From Candidatus Lustribacter sp. (GTDB taxonomy: Bacteria > Vulcanimicrobiota > Vulcanimicrobiia > Vulcanimicrobiales > Vulcanimicrobiaceae), in the NCBI GenBank assembly GCA_965277805.1, contig OZ255842.1, forward strand, positions 2,112,001-2,176,000: a DNA stretch of 64,000 nt, in the 5' to 3' direction. Under the pieces are notes generated by a model. That model worked only from the letters and a program-made list of their open reading frames with translations, did not search any database and was not told the DNA's origin. A program made the translations under genes and the position numbers. Shown piece by piece: positions 63,594 through 64,000 of the stretch (positions are counted from its first letter, which is position 1; each line of letters begins with the position of its first letter).

Positions 63594-64000
63594 CGCTTCC
63601 CCGCGGCGGTCCGCCGGGGCCGCCAAGGCCGCCGTCGCCGCCGGGACCGCCGGCTGGCTCCTGATAGTGGAGCGCAAGCCAATCCATTCCGTAGTCATTG
63701 AGCGGGTCGCGCGCGATCGCATGCACGTGTCCGCCTTCGCTCGTCAGCGGCTCTTGCACATCGTACTCAATGAGAATACGCGGGCCATGCACGCGGAAGT
63801 AAAATGGGGTTTTCGCATCGGGCGGCGCACCTTGCCAGGCGAAATGCGTGTCACCCCAGTTCCGGCGGATAAGCGCGTAATGCGCATCTGCCGCCTCCGG
63901 GTTGGCGTTGCCGACGAACTCCTCGATGAGTTGCCACAGCATTCGCTGCTGTCCGTCGCCGAGTTTGCTTGCTTGCAGGCCTTGAAAACTCGCAAGACTT
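63580..64000 (-). CDS. 3' part of a DUF3500-like protein running off the window
   Basis: THFAWQG...FYFRVHGP.ILIEYD...HVH.I.RDP.NDYG.D.L..HY. Confidence 0.8.
   Translation of the reverse strand, partial: SLASFQGLQASKLGDGQQRMLWQLIEEFVGNANPEAADAHYALIRRNWGDTHFAWQGAPPDAKTPFYFRVHGPRILIEYDVQEPLTSEGGHVHAIARDPLNDYGMDWLALHYQEPAGGPGGDGGLGGPGGPPRGSVSGR

Noticed and set aside
1-64000. rRNA, tRNA, known riboswitches, IS transposases, prophage genes
   Set aside because: None recognised by eye; an Infernal or tRNAscan search was not possible

Overview
High-GC (roughly 65% by eye) bacterial chromosomal window, gene-dense, with about 60 CDS. It has no rRNA, tRNA, CRISPR array, integrase or transposase that I can see. 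The CGGGG-type lipoproteins and the 'VTQEExAEAVGVSRxWY' HTH family suggest Candidatus Eremiobacterota (Vulcanimicrobiota); this is an inference only. Most of the content is uptake and catabolism of unknown aromatic or heterocyclic compounds: many ABC substrate-binding proteins, a Rieske oxygenase, LLM and FAD monooxygenases, VOC and cupin dioxygenase-like proteins, and decarboxylase-like proteins. There is also a small stress cluster (Usp, PaiB, Dps) and a patch of decayed genes. The most unusual signals are: (1) a 632-aa fusion of a catalytically dead LigD primase-polymerase-like domain, a HARE-type HTH and an intact-looking PD-(D/E)xK nuclease (30732-32630); (2) a ~29-bp REP-like element at 9 loci, all in one orientation, that supplies stop codons or peptides to five genes, forms a 21-bp tandem array, and sits in local G/T-poor halos on the + strand; (3) a Rieske + small protein + amidohydrolase-fold oxygenase-like operon coupled to an NRAMP-related transporter, inside a ~14-kb block bracketed by a 60-bp duplicated gene fragment; (4) a coupled pair of 3-hydroxyanthranilate-dioxygenase-like cupins, one apparently active and one apparently inactive; (5) two lipoproteins whose layout recalls type V pilins. 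All functional calls come from motif recognition by eye; no database search was run.
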